Origin: Candidatus Electrothrix sp. GW3-4
GTDB taxonomy: Bacteria; Desulfobacterota; Desulfobulbia; Desulfobulbales; Desulfobulbaceae
DNA length: 32,000 nucleotides
NCBI RefSeq assembly: GCF_037902255.1
Contig: NZ_CP147990.1
Location: 2,160,001-2,192,000, forward strand
Direction: 5' to 3'
In this document: positions 1 through 7,321 of the stretch, one piece after another
How the letters are laid out: the number at the start of each line of letters is the position of its first letter
Position numbering within the stretch: the stretch's first letter is position 1
Program-made: the position numbers and the translations under genes
The notes under the pieces: generated by a model
What the model was told of the DNA's origin: nothing
What the model saw: the letters and a program-made list of their open reading frames with translations, nothing else
The model's database searches: none

Positions 1-1
1 C

Positions 2-277
2 CTTGCCGTGCTTTATTCGGTCGCCCTGATCCATCTCCTCCTCCTGGCCCTCAACACCTTGGCAGCAAAGGCGCTCCGGCTTCCTTCAGCAGATGCAAAG
101 GCCCTGCTCTTTGTTGCCTCGCAAAAGACCCTGCCCGTCAGTCTGGCTGTGCTCGCAGGCCTGCACCAGGATACAGGCAATGCTGTGGTTGTCTGCCTGC
201 TCTTTCATTTTAGCCAGCTGCTTATAGACTCGGTTTTGGCCTCCCGGCTCCGCTCCAGGGAAGAACAGGCTGTATAG
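2..277 (+). CDS. C-terminal part of a polytopic membrane transporter, SBF-like (bile acid:Na+ symporter / YfeH-like) family; 5' end lies outside the window
   Basis: The frame of ORF 8..277 stays open back to nt 2, with stop TAG at 275-277. The sequence is hydrophobic and helical, and ...QKTLPVSLAVLAGL...LLFHFSQLLIDS resembles the C-termini of SBF-like transporters (recalled from memory). Confidence 0.5.
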   Translation, partial: LAVLYSVALIHLLLLALNTLAAKALRLPSADAKALLFVASQKTLPVSLAVLAGLHQDTGNAVVVCLLFHFSQLLIDSVLASRLRSREEQAV

Positions 278-357
278 AAAAAACAGCATAAAAAAAGGGA
301 GCGCCTCTCAGCCCTCCCCTTGCTTTCTCTTCTATGTCGTGTACGCTGCTTGCAGAT

Positions 358-1305
358 TCAGCCCTTTTTCCGAGCGTCCTCTTCCTGCTTGAGCCGTTCA
401 CGCTCAGCCTTAAGCTGCATATACTCCTTTTCAACCTGACGCAGCGAATCATCCTGACGCTGCTTTATCTCCTCGACCTTTTCCTCTATCTTCTCTTTTC
501 TCAGTTTCAGGCCCTCAGCGCCGAACAGTGTATTGGCAAGGTACTGAAAGGAAAAGAGCATCAGGGCGACATCGTCTTCCTTAATTTTTTCCACGGTCTC
601 CTGATCAACTTCATAGGAGTCAAGAAAGGAGCTTTCAAACACAAAGCGGCGGAAATGGTCCAGGTCTGTGGAAGCCATAAAGAACATCCTCTGGGCCGCT
701 TCAGACAGATTGGCCTGATGCCCAAAAGATTTGCGCCGCATCACCAGGCGGAGCCATTCCTTATTCATTTCATCACGGAGATCAACACCCTGATCATCCC
801 GCCATTCTCCGATGGTCCATTTTTTCGGCTCTTCAAAACCCTTACAATGGGGCTCTTTAACCAGGAAAAAGAACTTATCTTCTTTGACGTCCTCGCCTCC
901 TTCATGAAAATCAGCCATACCCACGGGATAATAACGACAGGATGTGGGCCGATCCTCATACACAGAGCATCCTTCCGGAGTGACAAAAGGGCAGGCCTTT
1001 TTATCCTCAGTCAGCTTTATCTGCACACCGGGCATATCGGTTTTTTCCAGATACGTTGGCTCGGTATATTGTACTATAAATTCGTGAGCAGGGATATTCA
1101 ACCGTTTCCGCAGGATCAAAATATCGTACGGTGTCAGGACAATCTGTATATTATGGCAGCAGGCCGTAAAACAGCTGACCCCTGGATGGCATTCAAACTG
1201 CAATGGTGAATCCAGGGTTAACTTTTCAGGCATGATATTGGATGGATTCTTATTCGTCCCCTGCGTAAAATCATTTTCCATATCAGCGCCTTTGGTATCG
1301 CTCAT
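358..1305 (-). CDS. YkgJ-family (CxxCxxCC-type, UPF0153) cysteine-cluster protein with a long K/E-rich coiled-coil C-terminal tail
   Basis: 315-aa ORF. It has a Cys cluster ECHPGVSCFTACCHN and a second motif CPFVTPEGCSVYEDRPTSCRYYP typical of YkgJ-type proteins. The antisense ORF 334..1209 is a shadow. Confidence 0.65.
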   Translation of the reverse strand: MSDTKGADMENDFTQGTNKNPSNIMPEKLTLDSPLQFECHPGVSCFTACCHNIQIVLTPYDILILRKRLNIPAHEFIVQYTEPTYLEKTDMPGVQIKLTEDKKACPFVTPEGCSVYEDRPTSCRYYPVGMADFHEGGEDVKEDKFFFLVKEPHCKGFEEPKKWTIGEWRDDQGVDLRDEMNKEWLRLVMRRKSFGHQANLSEAAQRMFFMASTDLDHFRRFVFESSFLDSYEVDQETVEKIKEDDVALMLFSFQYLANTLFGAEGLKLRKEKIEEKVEEIKQRQDDSLRQVEKEYMQLKAERERLKQEEDARKKG

Positions 1306-1642
1306 TCTTATCCTCGTTATTTATCTCTTATAAAAAATATTTATTTTCAAACAATCAGTAAAAAATTAATACATATTACCATCAAGAGGTCGGCTGTCAA
1401 ACGAAACTTGCCTTTTTCGCCTATTTCCCTTGCTCGACGTTCAAATTCACAGCTCCTTCTTTCCTGCACTCCACTCCTCAACTTTACTATGCCGTCGTGT
1501 TTTCCTAGGAATGAAGGGAGTTCCCTTGCTTTTTTCCCAAAAGAAACTATAATTTATTTGGGTACAGAGTCAGCAGGACGGGCGGTGAATCCCTGAGATA
1601 TTACCGACCCCGTTGCTATCAGATCATTACGTAACTAATTAT

Positions 1643-1840
1643 ATGAAGAAAATATTCGCGACTCCGATCGACTACAGTAAGGTTGAGACCTTAGTCTACC
1701 ATCTGCCCGACGGACCTTCCCTGTCTATGGAGATGGACGGAGCAGAAGATCTCTTTGACTTGGACATGGAACTCGGTGACATCTGCGACACCTCGGATAT
1801 AGATGGTGTTATCCACTTCTTTCCCAGAGGAAACGCCTGA
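1643..1840 (+). CDS. small acidic hypothetical protein (65 aa from ATG 1643; the track ORF starts at TTG 1613)
   Basis: The ORF is followed 30 nt later by a strong intrinsic terminator. No family was recognised and coding status is uncertain. Confidence 0.3.
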   Translation: MKKIFATPIDYSKVETLVYHLPDGPSLSMEMDGAEDLFDLDMELGDICDTSDIDGVIHFFPRGNA

Positions 1841-1869
1841 TCAACCGGCTCTCTTTTTTCTGAATATGT

Positions 1870-1900
1870 AAAAAACCACTCCGTACTGGAGTGGTTTTTT
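1870..1900 (+). terminator. rho-independent terminator (A-tract/stem/T-tract, potentially bidirectional)
   Basis: aaaaaa-CCACTCC-gtact-GGAGTGG-tttttt: stem arms at 1876-1882 and 1888-1894, T6 at 1895-1900. Confidence 0.75.
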
Positions 1901-1919
1901 CATTTCCACTTCCTTCCAC

Positions 1920-2705
1920 ATGCCTGATTTACCACTACTTAATATAACCGAAGACCATCACGTCCATACCCGCTACTGTAACCATGCTGTCGGGGAGATG
2001 GAAGAATATGTCCTGGCAGCCATTGCAAAAGGGCTGCGCAGTCTCACCTTTTTGGAGCATCTGGAATGCGGTCTCAGCTACAGCCCACAGATCTGGCTGA
2101 CACCAGAGCTGTTCCAGCGATATTTTGAGGAAGGGGAACAACTCCGGGAGAAATACAGGGGTCAAATCACGGTCAGACTGGGGGCAGAGATTGGCTATAC
2201 CCCAGGAGCGGTGGACAAGCTGCTCGCCATGCTGGATGCCTTTCCCTTTGCCCATCGTGGGCTCTCCTGCCATTTCTTTTTTGATGGCAAAGAGCATCTC
2301 AACATGCTCAGTCGCCGCACCGATCATATCCAAAAAATAGAGGAATTCGGTTCAGAGCCCATCCTGGATGCCTATTTCAGGAACCTGATCCAGGGCTGTC
2401 AGGATATTCCCTGCGACAAACTCTGTCATCTAGATGCGGCCCTGCGCCATAATGCCCCGGTCCTGACCGCGCATCATCATGCGCTCATTAAAGAACTTTT
2501 TGCGGTGATGCTGGAAAAAGATATTGCTCTGGAGGTCAACACCTCGGGCTATGAGCTGCGCCCGCAGCCCTATCCAGCCCTGCCCTTGATCCACCAGGCC
2601 CGGCAGCTGGGCATTCCCCTGATTATCGGCTCTGATGCCCATCGCCCTGAGCAGGTGGGGCGTTATTTTGAGAGGGTACAGGCAGAATTGGGGCAGCAGG
2701 CCTGA
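1920..2705 (+). CDS. histidinol-phosphatase, PHP family (HisJ/HisK type)
   Basis: 261 aa. The N-terminal metal motif EDHHVHTRYCNHA and the C-terminal GSDAHRPEQVG are typical of PHP histidinol phosphatases. hisD lies 2.3 kb downstream. Confidence 0.7.
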   Translation: MPDLPLLNITEDHHVHTRYCNHAVGEMEEYVLAAIAKGLRSLTFLEHLECGLSYSPQIWLTPELFQRYFEEGEQLREKYRGQITVRLGAEIGYTPGAVDKLLAMLDAFPFAHRGLSCHFFFDGKEHLNMLSRRTDHIQKIEEFGSEPILDAYFRNLIQGCQDIPCDKLCHLDAALRHNAPVLTAHHHALIKELFAVMLEKDIALEVNTSGYELRPQPYPALPLIHQARQLGIPLIIGSDAHRPEQVGRYFERVQAELGQQA

Positions 2706-2723
2706 TTGCTTTTTTCCCCTCTT

Positions 2724-2794
2724 GGTTCAGCAACGGTTCGTTTTACGCTGCCTGCTCCGCGACGGCAGACGTTGAAACGAAACCGCGCTGAACC
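2724..2794. other. long imperfect hairpin filling the convergent gap between the PHP phosphatase gene and the FGE-like gene
   Basis: The outer 8-bp arms are GGTTCAGC (2724-2731) and GCTGAACC (2787-2794). Inner pairing is CGGTTCGTTT/AAACGAAACCG (1-nt bulge) and CTGCC/GGCAG. There is no clear T-run. Confidence 0.35.
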
Positions 2795-2799
2795 ACCCT

Positions 2800-3624
2800 C
2801 TATCCTGCTTGACTTGTTCGACCTCGGGCAAGGCGAAAACCAAGGAAGTCGTAACGGTAATCCGGCGTGAGCCTGCGGCGGCTGGCAGAACGGCAGAGCC
2901 CGCCGTAGAGGATCCAGGAGCCCCCGCGACACACACGGTCATGGCCATCTGAAGGACCTAAAGGATCGATAACAGGATCTGCTGGATAATCATCCAGCCA
3001 ATCCTGACACCATTCCCAAACATTACCATGCATCTGATACAGACCCCAGTCGTTGCAGGGCAAGGTCTTGACCTCAACTGTTTCCTTACGAAACTCTCCT
3101 TTCTTACCATCAGCGTACGGATGATTACCATCGTAATTGACTTGATCCGTACTGATATTTGCACCAAAGAAAAATGGAGTAGTGGTTCCAGCCCGGCAGG
3201 CATATTCCCATTGGGCCTCGGTGGGCAGCATCACCTCAAGGCCGGGAATCTCCTTATTGAGCTGGACCATAAACTCCTGCGCATCCTCCCAACTTACTCG
3301 CTCCACCGGGCGTTGCGCTCCCTGAAACCGGCTGGGATTATCTCCAACCACAGCCTGCCACAGTTCCTGGGTCACCGTGGTGGCACCGAGCCAAAATCCT
3401 TCACTCAAGGTGACCTGATGCAGTGTTTCATCTCTTCCCAAAGACTCCCGCTCCGGCTCATCCTGTGGCGACCCCATCATAAAAGCCCCCGGCTCAAGCC
3501 AGCGCAGAACATGGCGGATCTTTTTATAATGAAAGGCCATCCACAACCCGTGTTCGTCCTCGCCCCATTCTGAGGCCCAACGATCAGGAAAGGATTCCGG
3601 CCAGCGTTTGGATTCGTCGATCAT
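2800..3624 (-). CDS. formylglycine-generating-enzyme (SUMF1/EgtB/PvdO, FGE-sulfatase) domain protein, stand-alone, 274 aa
   Basis: Motifs RVSWEDAQEF, LPTEAQWEYACRAGTTTPF, HGNVWEWCQDW, RVCRGGSW and FLGFRLARG. The start is set to ATG 3624 (MIDESKRW...) because the longer track ORF (to 3924) overlaps the Uma2 gene and its extra 100 aa look non-coding (R/S/G/W-rich). Confidence 0.75.
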   Translation of the reverse strand: MIDESKRWPESFPDRWASEWGEDEHGLWMAFHYKKIRHVLRWLEPGAFMMGSPQDEPERESLGRDETLHQVTLSEGFWLGATTVTQELWQAVVGDNPSRFQGAQRPVERVSWEDAQEFMVQLNKEIPGLEVMLPTEAQWEYACRAGTTTPFFFGANISTDQVNYDGNHPYADGKKGEFRKETVEVKTLPCNDWGLYQMHGNVWEWCQDWLDDYPADPVIDPLGPSDGHDRVCRGGSWILYGGLCRSASRRRLTPDYRYDFLGFRLARGRTSQAG

Positions 3625-3685
3625 ATTTTTCAGCCCTGAAAGAGCTATATTTATCCAGCCAGGGATCCCCCCCCCTTGGCACCCC

Positions 3686-4246
3686 TCACAACTCCACCCC
3701 GTGATAAACCTCCGCAATCGGAAGCGTACACTCCAGACAATCAGAAGAAAACTGCTCCCTGGCCTGGAACAGCTCCGGCTTCCACGTATTTTTTTTCCGA
3801 AAGACCATGACCGCCTGCCGATCCTGCGCAATAAGGACATACTCCTGCAATGAGGGGAGCGAGGTGTAGGCCATGAATTTCTCCCGCCGATCAATACGCT
3901 CGGTTGTCGGGGAAAGCACCTCAACGATCAGGCAGGGACGGGTGCGGTAGTATTCTTCGTTATCCTCCGGGTCACAGCTGACCAGCAGGTCCGGGTAGTA
4001 AAAGACATCTTCTCCCGCAATCTTGAGATAAACCTTCATGTCTGCCATAAAGACCTGGCAGGGACTGTTGCGGGCCGCTGCATGCAGGACAGCAAACACA
4101 TTGCCAGCAATCAGGTTGTGGGACGCACTTGCCCCGCCCATAGCATGGGTGGTGCCGTTGATGTATTCATGCCGGATTTCGGTCTGCTGCTCTCCGGCAA
4201 GATAGTCCTGAAGACGTACTCCCTCTTGTACTGTCTGTGCTTTCAT
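3686..4246 (-). CDS. Uma2-family (DUF820) putative restriction-endonuclease-fold protein
   Basis: 186 aa. EYINGTTHAMGGAS..H, YYPDLLVSC and PCLIVEVLSPTTERIDRREKFMAY..L.EYVLI match the Uma2 D...(D/E)xK core pattern. Confidence 0.75.
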   Translation of the reverse strand: MKAQTVQEGVRLQDYLAGEQQTEIRHEYINGTTHAMGGASASHNLIAGNVFAVLHAAARNSPCQVFMADMKVYLKIAGEDVFYYPDLLVSCDPEDNEEYYRTRPCLIVEVLSPTTERIDRREKFMAYTSLPSLQEYVLIAQDRQAVMVFRKKNTWKPELFQAREQFSSDCLECTLPIAEVYHGVEL

Positions 4247-4287
4247 CGTCCAGTTTCCCTATTTCTCAATTGATACACGCCTAGCTA

Positions 4288-4312
4288 TATGGTACTGTGA
4301 TACAGTACCATA
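4288..4312. promoter_or_regulatory. perfect 11-3-11 palindrome, candidate YefM/YoeB operator
   Basis: TATGGTACTGT-gat-ACAGTACCATA lies 36 nt upstream of the yefM ATG, in the 101-bp divergent gap. It contains GTAC cores like the known yefM-yoeB operators. Confidence 0.55.
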
Positions 4313-4347
4313 CCTAAAACATTAACTATCAATTATCGTACATAACC

Positions 4348-4620
4348 ATGCGTGAAATTACAGCAAATAAATTTCGAGCTGCTTTGAAAAGTTGTGCAGA
4401 CCAAAGCATTGCCGACCATGAACCGCTACGAGTAACCCGTAAACGCGGCAAAGATTTTGTTATCATCGGGGCGGAAGATTGGGAACAAATTCAGGAAACG
4501 CTGTACGTTCTCCAAAACACCTCACTCATGCAACAGATCAAACAATCTCTGCTAACCCGTCGAAGTGGAAAGGGCTATTCTCCGACCAAAGAGCAGCTTG
4601 ATGAGATCAATAATATTTGA
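4348..4620 (+). CDS. yefM: type II antitoxin, Phd/YefM family
   Basis: 90 aa. MREITANKFRAALKSCADQ...EPLRVTRKRGKDFVIIGAEDWEQIQETLYVLQN is a typical YefM N-domain, and the gene overlaps the downstream YoeB gene. Confidence 0.85.
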   Translation: MREITANKFRAALKSCADQSIADHEPLRVTRKRGKDFVIIGAEDWEQIQETLYVLQNTSLMQQIKQSLLTRRSGKGYSPTKEQLDEINNI

Positions 4621-4873
4621 AGGCAAGACTTGGGCCGAGTACGAACAACTGCGGAGCAAGGACAAGAGGGTGCATAAGAATCTCTGTCGTATTCTTCAGG
4701 AAATGCAACGAAACGATCCTGCTCAGGGCCTTGGGAAACCGGAGCCGCTGAAACACGATCTCACCGGCCTGTGGTCACGAAGGATCTCTCATAAAGATCG
4801 CCTGATTTACACCTTTGATGAACAGAGCATCTCTATTTTCGCCATTGGTGGACATTACGACAACATCAGATAA
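4601..4873 (+). CDS. yoeB: type II toxin, YoeB/Txe family mRNA interferase
   Basis: GKPEPLKHDLTGLWSRRISHKDRLIY...IGGHY matches the YoeB catalytic region. Start ATG 4601 (MRSIIFEGKTW...) aligns with the YoeB N-terminus; the track start at 4565 is upstream in the same frame. Confidence 0.85.
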   Translation: MRSIIFEGKTWAEYEQLRSKDKRVHKNLCRILQEMQRNDPAQGLGKPEPLKHDLTGLWSRRISHKDRLIYTFDEQSISIFAIGGHYDNIR

Positions 4874-4874
4874 A

Positions 4875-4971
4875 GGGACACGGCACGCCGTGCGCCCTAC
4901 TTGCTCCGTTTTCCCCTTCTGCCCTGACAGGGCTATATCTATCCCAGCCTGGGGTAACACAACCCCAGGCT
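4875..4971. repeat. REP-like hairpins in the yoeB/hisD convergent gap
   Basis: Three hairpins: GGGACACGGCACGCCGTGCGCCCTAC (4875-4900, GGG...CCCTAC type), GCCCTGaCAGGGC (4921-4933), and AGCCTGGGG-taacacaa-CCCCAGGCT (4946-4971, 9-bp stem). Confidence 0.6.
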
Positions 4972-4990
4972 AACATTGCACGGCGCATCG

Positions 4991-6304
4991 CTAACCCTGC
5001 TCCTTGGTCCGCACCGCCACAGAATTGGCATGGGCACTGAGTCCTTCCAGATTTGCCAGCCGCTGGATATGATCAGCATCGTTGAGCAGGGCCTGGCGGG
5101 AATAGGAGATAATAGAACTCTTCTTGAGAAAGGTCTCCACCCCCAGGGCCGAGGAAATGCGGGCCGTACCCATGGTCGGCAGGACATGGTTGGGACCAGC
5201 CACATAATCGCCTGCTGCCTCCGGGGTATGAGGGCCAAGGAAGATCGCACCAGCATGTTTGATCATGGGTAACCACTGCCAAGGCTCTGCCACCTGGAGC
5301 TCCAGATGCTCAATGGCAATCTCGTTCGCCAGCTGAATCCCTTCTTCCACATTCTCCACCACCAGAATCAGGCCGCGCTGCTGCAACGAGGTTCGGGCAA
5401 TATCCTCCCGAGTCAGGTTCGGCAACTGCTTTTCCAGCTCTGCCTTCACTGCTTCAGCCACAGAGGTCTCCGTGGTCAGCAATAAGGCCAGGGCCATAGG
5501 ATCATGCTCGGCCTGGGCCAGCATGTCTGCGGCAATATAGGCCGGATTTGCGGCCTGATCCGCCACGATCAGGACCTCACTGGGCCCGGCAATCATGTCA
5601 ATGCGCACCCTGCCCATGACCTGTCTCTTGGCCTCGGTGACAAACTGGTTGCCCGGCCCGACAATGACATCCACCGCAGGCACGGATTCGGTGCCAAAGG
5701 CCAGGGCGGCAATGGCCCAGGCAGAGCCAGCTTTATAGACCTCGGTAATCCCCACTTCTTTAGCTGCCATGAGCAGGGCCGGGGCAATCTTGCCCTCCTT
5801 ATTGGGCGGGGTCATCATAATTCGCTGCTGCACCCCGGCAATACCGGCGGGAATGGCATTCATCAACACCGAGGAGACCAGGGGGGTGGAGCCGCCCTGC
5901 CCGCCTGGCACGTAGAGACCCGCTGAATCCACCGGCCTCACCAGGCGGCCGGTGATGGTGCCGTCGTCACGGGTCAGCATCCAAGACTCTTCCATCTCCC
6001 GCTCATGAAACAGACGAATCCGCTCGGCAGCAAAACTCAGGGTTGTCCTAAACCCCTCATCAACCTCCTTGGCGGCCTGGGCAAATTCTTCCTCGCTCAC
6101 CTTGAATTCTTCCAGGCTCAGCTCCGGGGCATCGAAACGGCGGGTATACTCCAGCACTGCCTCATCGCCCTGGCTGCGCACCTGCTCCAGGATATCGGTC
6201 ACGGCCTGGGCGCAATTGCTGTCAGCAAGGGCAAAACGGTCCCGCAGCCCCTCCATGCTCTTTTTTCCCTGGTCTGTTGCATAGCTTTCAATACGAATGG
6301 TCAT
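4991..6304 (-). CDS. hisD: histidinol dehydrogenase
   Basis: 437 aa, full-length HisD-like throughout (...GPGNQFVTEAKR..., ...AQAEHD..., ...GDYVAGPNHVLPT...). Confidence 0.95.
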   Translation of the reverse strand: MTIRIESYATDQGKKSMEGLRDRFALADSNCAQAVTDILEQVRSQGDEAVLEYTRRFDAPELSLEEFKVSEEEFAQAAKEVDEGFRTTLSFAAERIRLFHEREMEESWMLTRDDGTITGRLVRPVDSAGLYVPGGQGGSTPLVSSVLMNAIPAGIAGVQQRIMMTPPNKEGKIAPALLMAAKEVGITEVYKAGSAWAIAALAFGTESVPAVDVIVGPGNQFVTEAKRQVMGRVRIDMIAGPSEVLIVADQAANPAYIAADMLAQAEHDPMALALLLTTETSVAEAVKAELEKQLPNLTREDIARTSLQQRGLILVVENVEEGIQLANEIAIEHLELQVAEPWQWLPMIKHAGAIFLGPHTPEAAGDYVAGPNHVLPTMGTARISSALGVETFLKKSSIISYSRQALLNDADHIQRLANLEGLSAHANSVAVRTKEQG

Positions 6305-6409
6305 AAAATTTTCCTCTAAAATATCAATGAGCCCTTCCTAACAAGGGCGTTATTATACGCTCTGAGAAATTCATCAAAAACAAAATCCCCTTTCGGCCAC
6401 AGGACCATA

Positions 6410-6480
6410 GGGGCAGACCTATGTGTCTGCCCTTTATTGTCCGGGTGGCGACAAGGGTAAACACACAGGTTTACCCCTAC
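6410..6480. repeat. two GGG-stem-loop-stem-CCC(CTAC) REP-like hairpins
   Basis: GGGGCAGAC-ctatgt-GTCTGCCC (6410-6432) and GGGTAAAC-acacag-GTTTACCC-CTAC (6455-6480). Confidence 0.7.
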
Positions 6481-6510
6481 GACACCCAACACAAGCGATA
6501 TTTTTATCTG

Positions 6511-6611
6511 GTTCCCAAGCTCCAGCTTGGGAACTGCTTTTCTTGAAGCTCCGCTTCATTTACCGAAGCTGGAGCTTCTCTATTCAAGATGCCTAAGCAG
6601 AGCTTGGGCAT
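6511..6611. repeat. three consecutive AGCT-core hairpins (second REP-like family)
   Basis: GTTCCCAAGCT-cc-AGCTTGGGAAC (6511-6534), GAAGCTCCGCTTC-atttacc-GAAGCtGGAGCTTC (6545-6578), and ATGCCTAAGC-aga-GCTTGGGCAT (6589-6611, one G-U pair). Confidence 0.7.
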
Positions 6612-6624
6612 CAGCAACCCCTGC

Positions 6625-6662
6625 ATACAAAACAAAGAAACCCCGCCCCAAGGGACGGGGTT
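6625..6662 (-). terminator. rho-independent terminator downstream of the DUF2058 gene
   Basis: The minus strand reads AACCCCG-tcccttgggg-CGGGGTT followed by TCTTTGTTTTG. Confidence 0.6.
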
Positions 6663-6692
6663 GTCAAATAACCCGATGAATCGAACGCTGTA

Positions 6693-6764
6693 GAGGCAGG
6701 TCCCTGTGCCTGCCCGTTTACATCCTTTCTGGACGTTCAGGGCGAACACAGGGATCCCCCCTAC
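6693..6764. repeat. two further GGG...CCC hairpin-repeat copies, one degenerate
   Basis: GAGGCAGG-tccctgtg-CCTGCCCG (6693-6716). TCAGGGCGAACACAGggatCCCCCCTAC (6738-6764) shares 15 nt (TCAGGGCGAACACAG) with the copy at 8507-8521, but its 3' arm has decayed. Confidence 0.6.
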
Positions 6765-6796
6765 AATCACGCTCGCTGCAATATGAAATCAACAGG

Positions 6797-7303
6797 TTAC
6801 CACCAATCTTCTTCCTCACTCGGTTCCCGGAGAGACACCACGGCCTCTTTATCGCGCTCTGCGACCTGACGAACCACCTTGGCAGGCACCACCTCAAAGC
6901 TGTCAGTAAGCTGCACAATACCGAGCTGCCCCTGACAAAGACGGTCAATCATCTCTTCAGCTACAAAAATACGGTGGATTTTTTTTCCCAGGGCAAAATG
7001 ATAGGCCTGCCCGTTCTTCTCGTCCCGTTCCACACGATTTTGCATGACAAGCTGCTTAATCTGGGCCTGCTTCTCATGCTCCTTTCTTTCCTCAGCCTGC
7101 TGGCGACTGAGTTGCTTATTGCGGGCCACTTCAGCAGCCCGAGCAATCTCGGCCTTAGTAATCGGTTTTCTGCCCGTCTTGCGGGTAGCCTTGCCTTTTT
7201 TTTTCTTTTTGCCCTGAACGTACTGTTCCTGCTTGGCCTTATTGGCCTGTTTTTTCGTTACCAGTCCTGCCTTGAGCAGCTGGTCCTGAAGAGGGTTTCC
7301 CAT
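6797..7303 (-). CDS. DUF2058 (YaiL-like) lysine-rich protein
   Basis: The N-terminus MGNPLQDQLLKAGLVTKKQANKAKQEQ... and K/R/E-rich middle are typical of DUF2058/YaiL. Confidence 0.65.
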   Translation of the reverse strand: MGNPLQDQLLKAGLVTKKQANKAKQEQYVQGKKKKKGKATRKTGRKPITKAEIARAAEVARNKQLSRQQAEERKEHEKQAQIKQLVMQNRVERDEKNGQAYHFALGKKIHRIFVAEEMIDRLCQGQLGIVQLTDSFEVVPAKVVRQVAERDKEAVVSLREPSEEEDWW

Positions 7304-7321
7304 AATATTTTTCTCCGATTG

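Noticed and set aside
334-1209. 291-aa ORF on the + strand
   Set aside because: It lies entirely antisense to the YkgJ-type gene, which has clear family motifs. Its composition is low-complexity (L/F/I-rich) and typical of a shadow frame.
1560-1576. GG-N10-GC spacing (TGGGTACAGAGTCAGCA) resembling a sigma-54 -24/-12 promoter upstream of the small ORF
   Set aside because: Only the GG and GC dinucleotides and two or three other positions match TGGCAC-N5-TTGC. No enhancer-binding protein gene is nearby, so the match is too weak.
3625-3924. 100-codon N-terminal extension of the FGE-like ORF (track ORF 2800..3924)
   Set aside because: It overlaps the 3' end of the well-supported Uma2 gene. The extension is R/S/G/W-rich with no domain signal, and FGE homology starts right after the internal ATG at 3624.
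5504-5926. 140-aa + strand ORF, plus other ORFs at 4976..5272 and 6005..6319
   Set aside because: They are antisense shadows inside hisD, with the G/R/H-rich composition typical of the reverse frame of a GC-rich gene.
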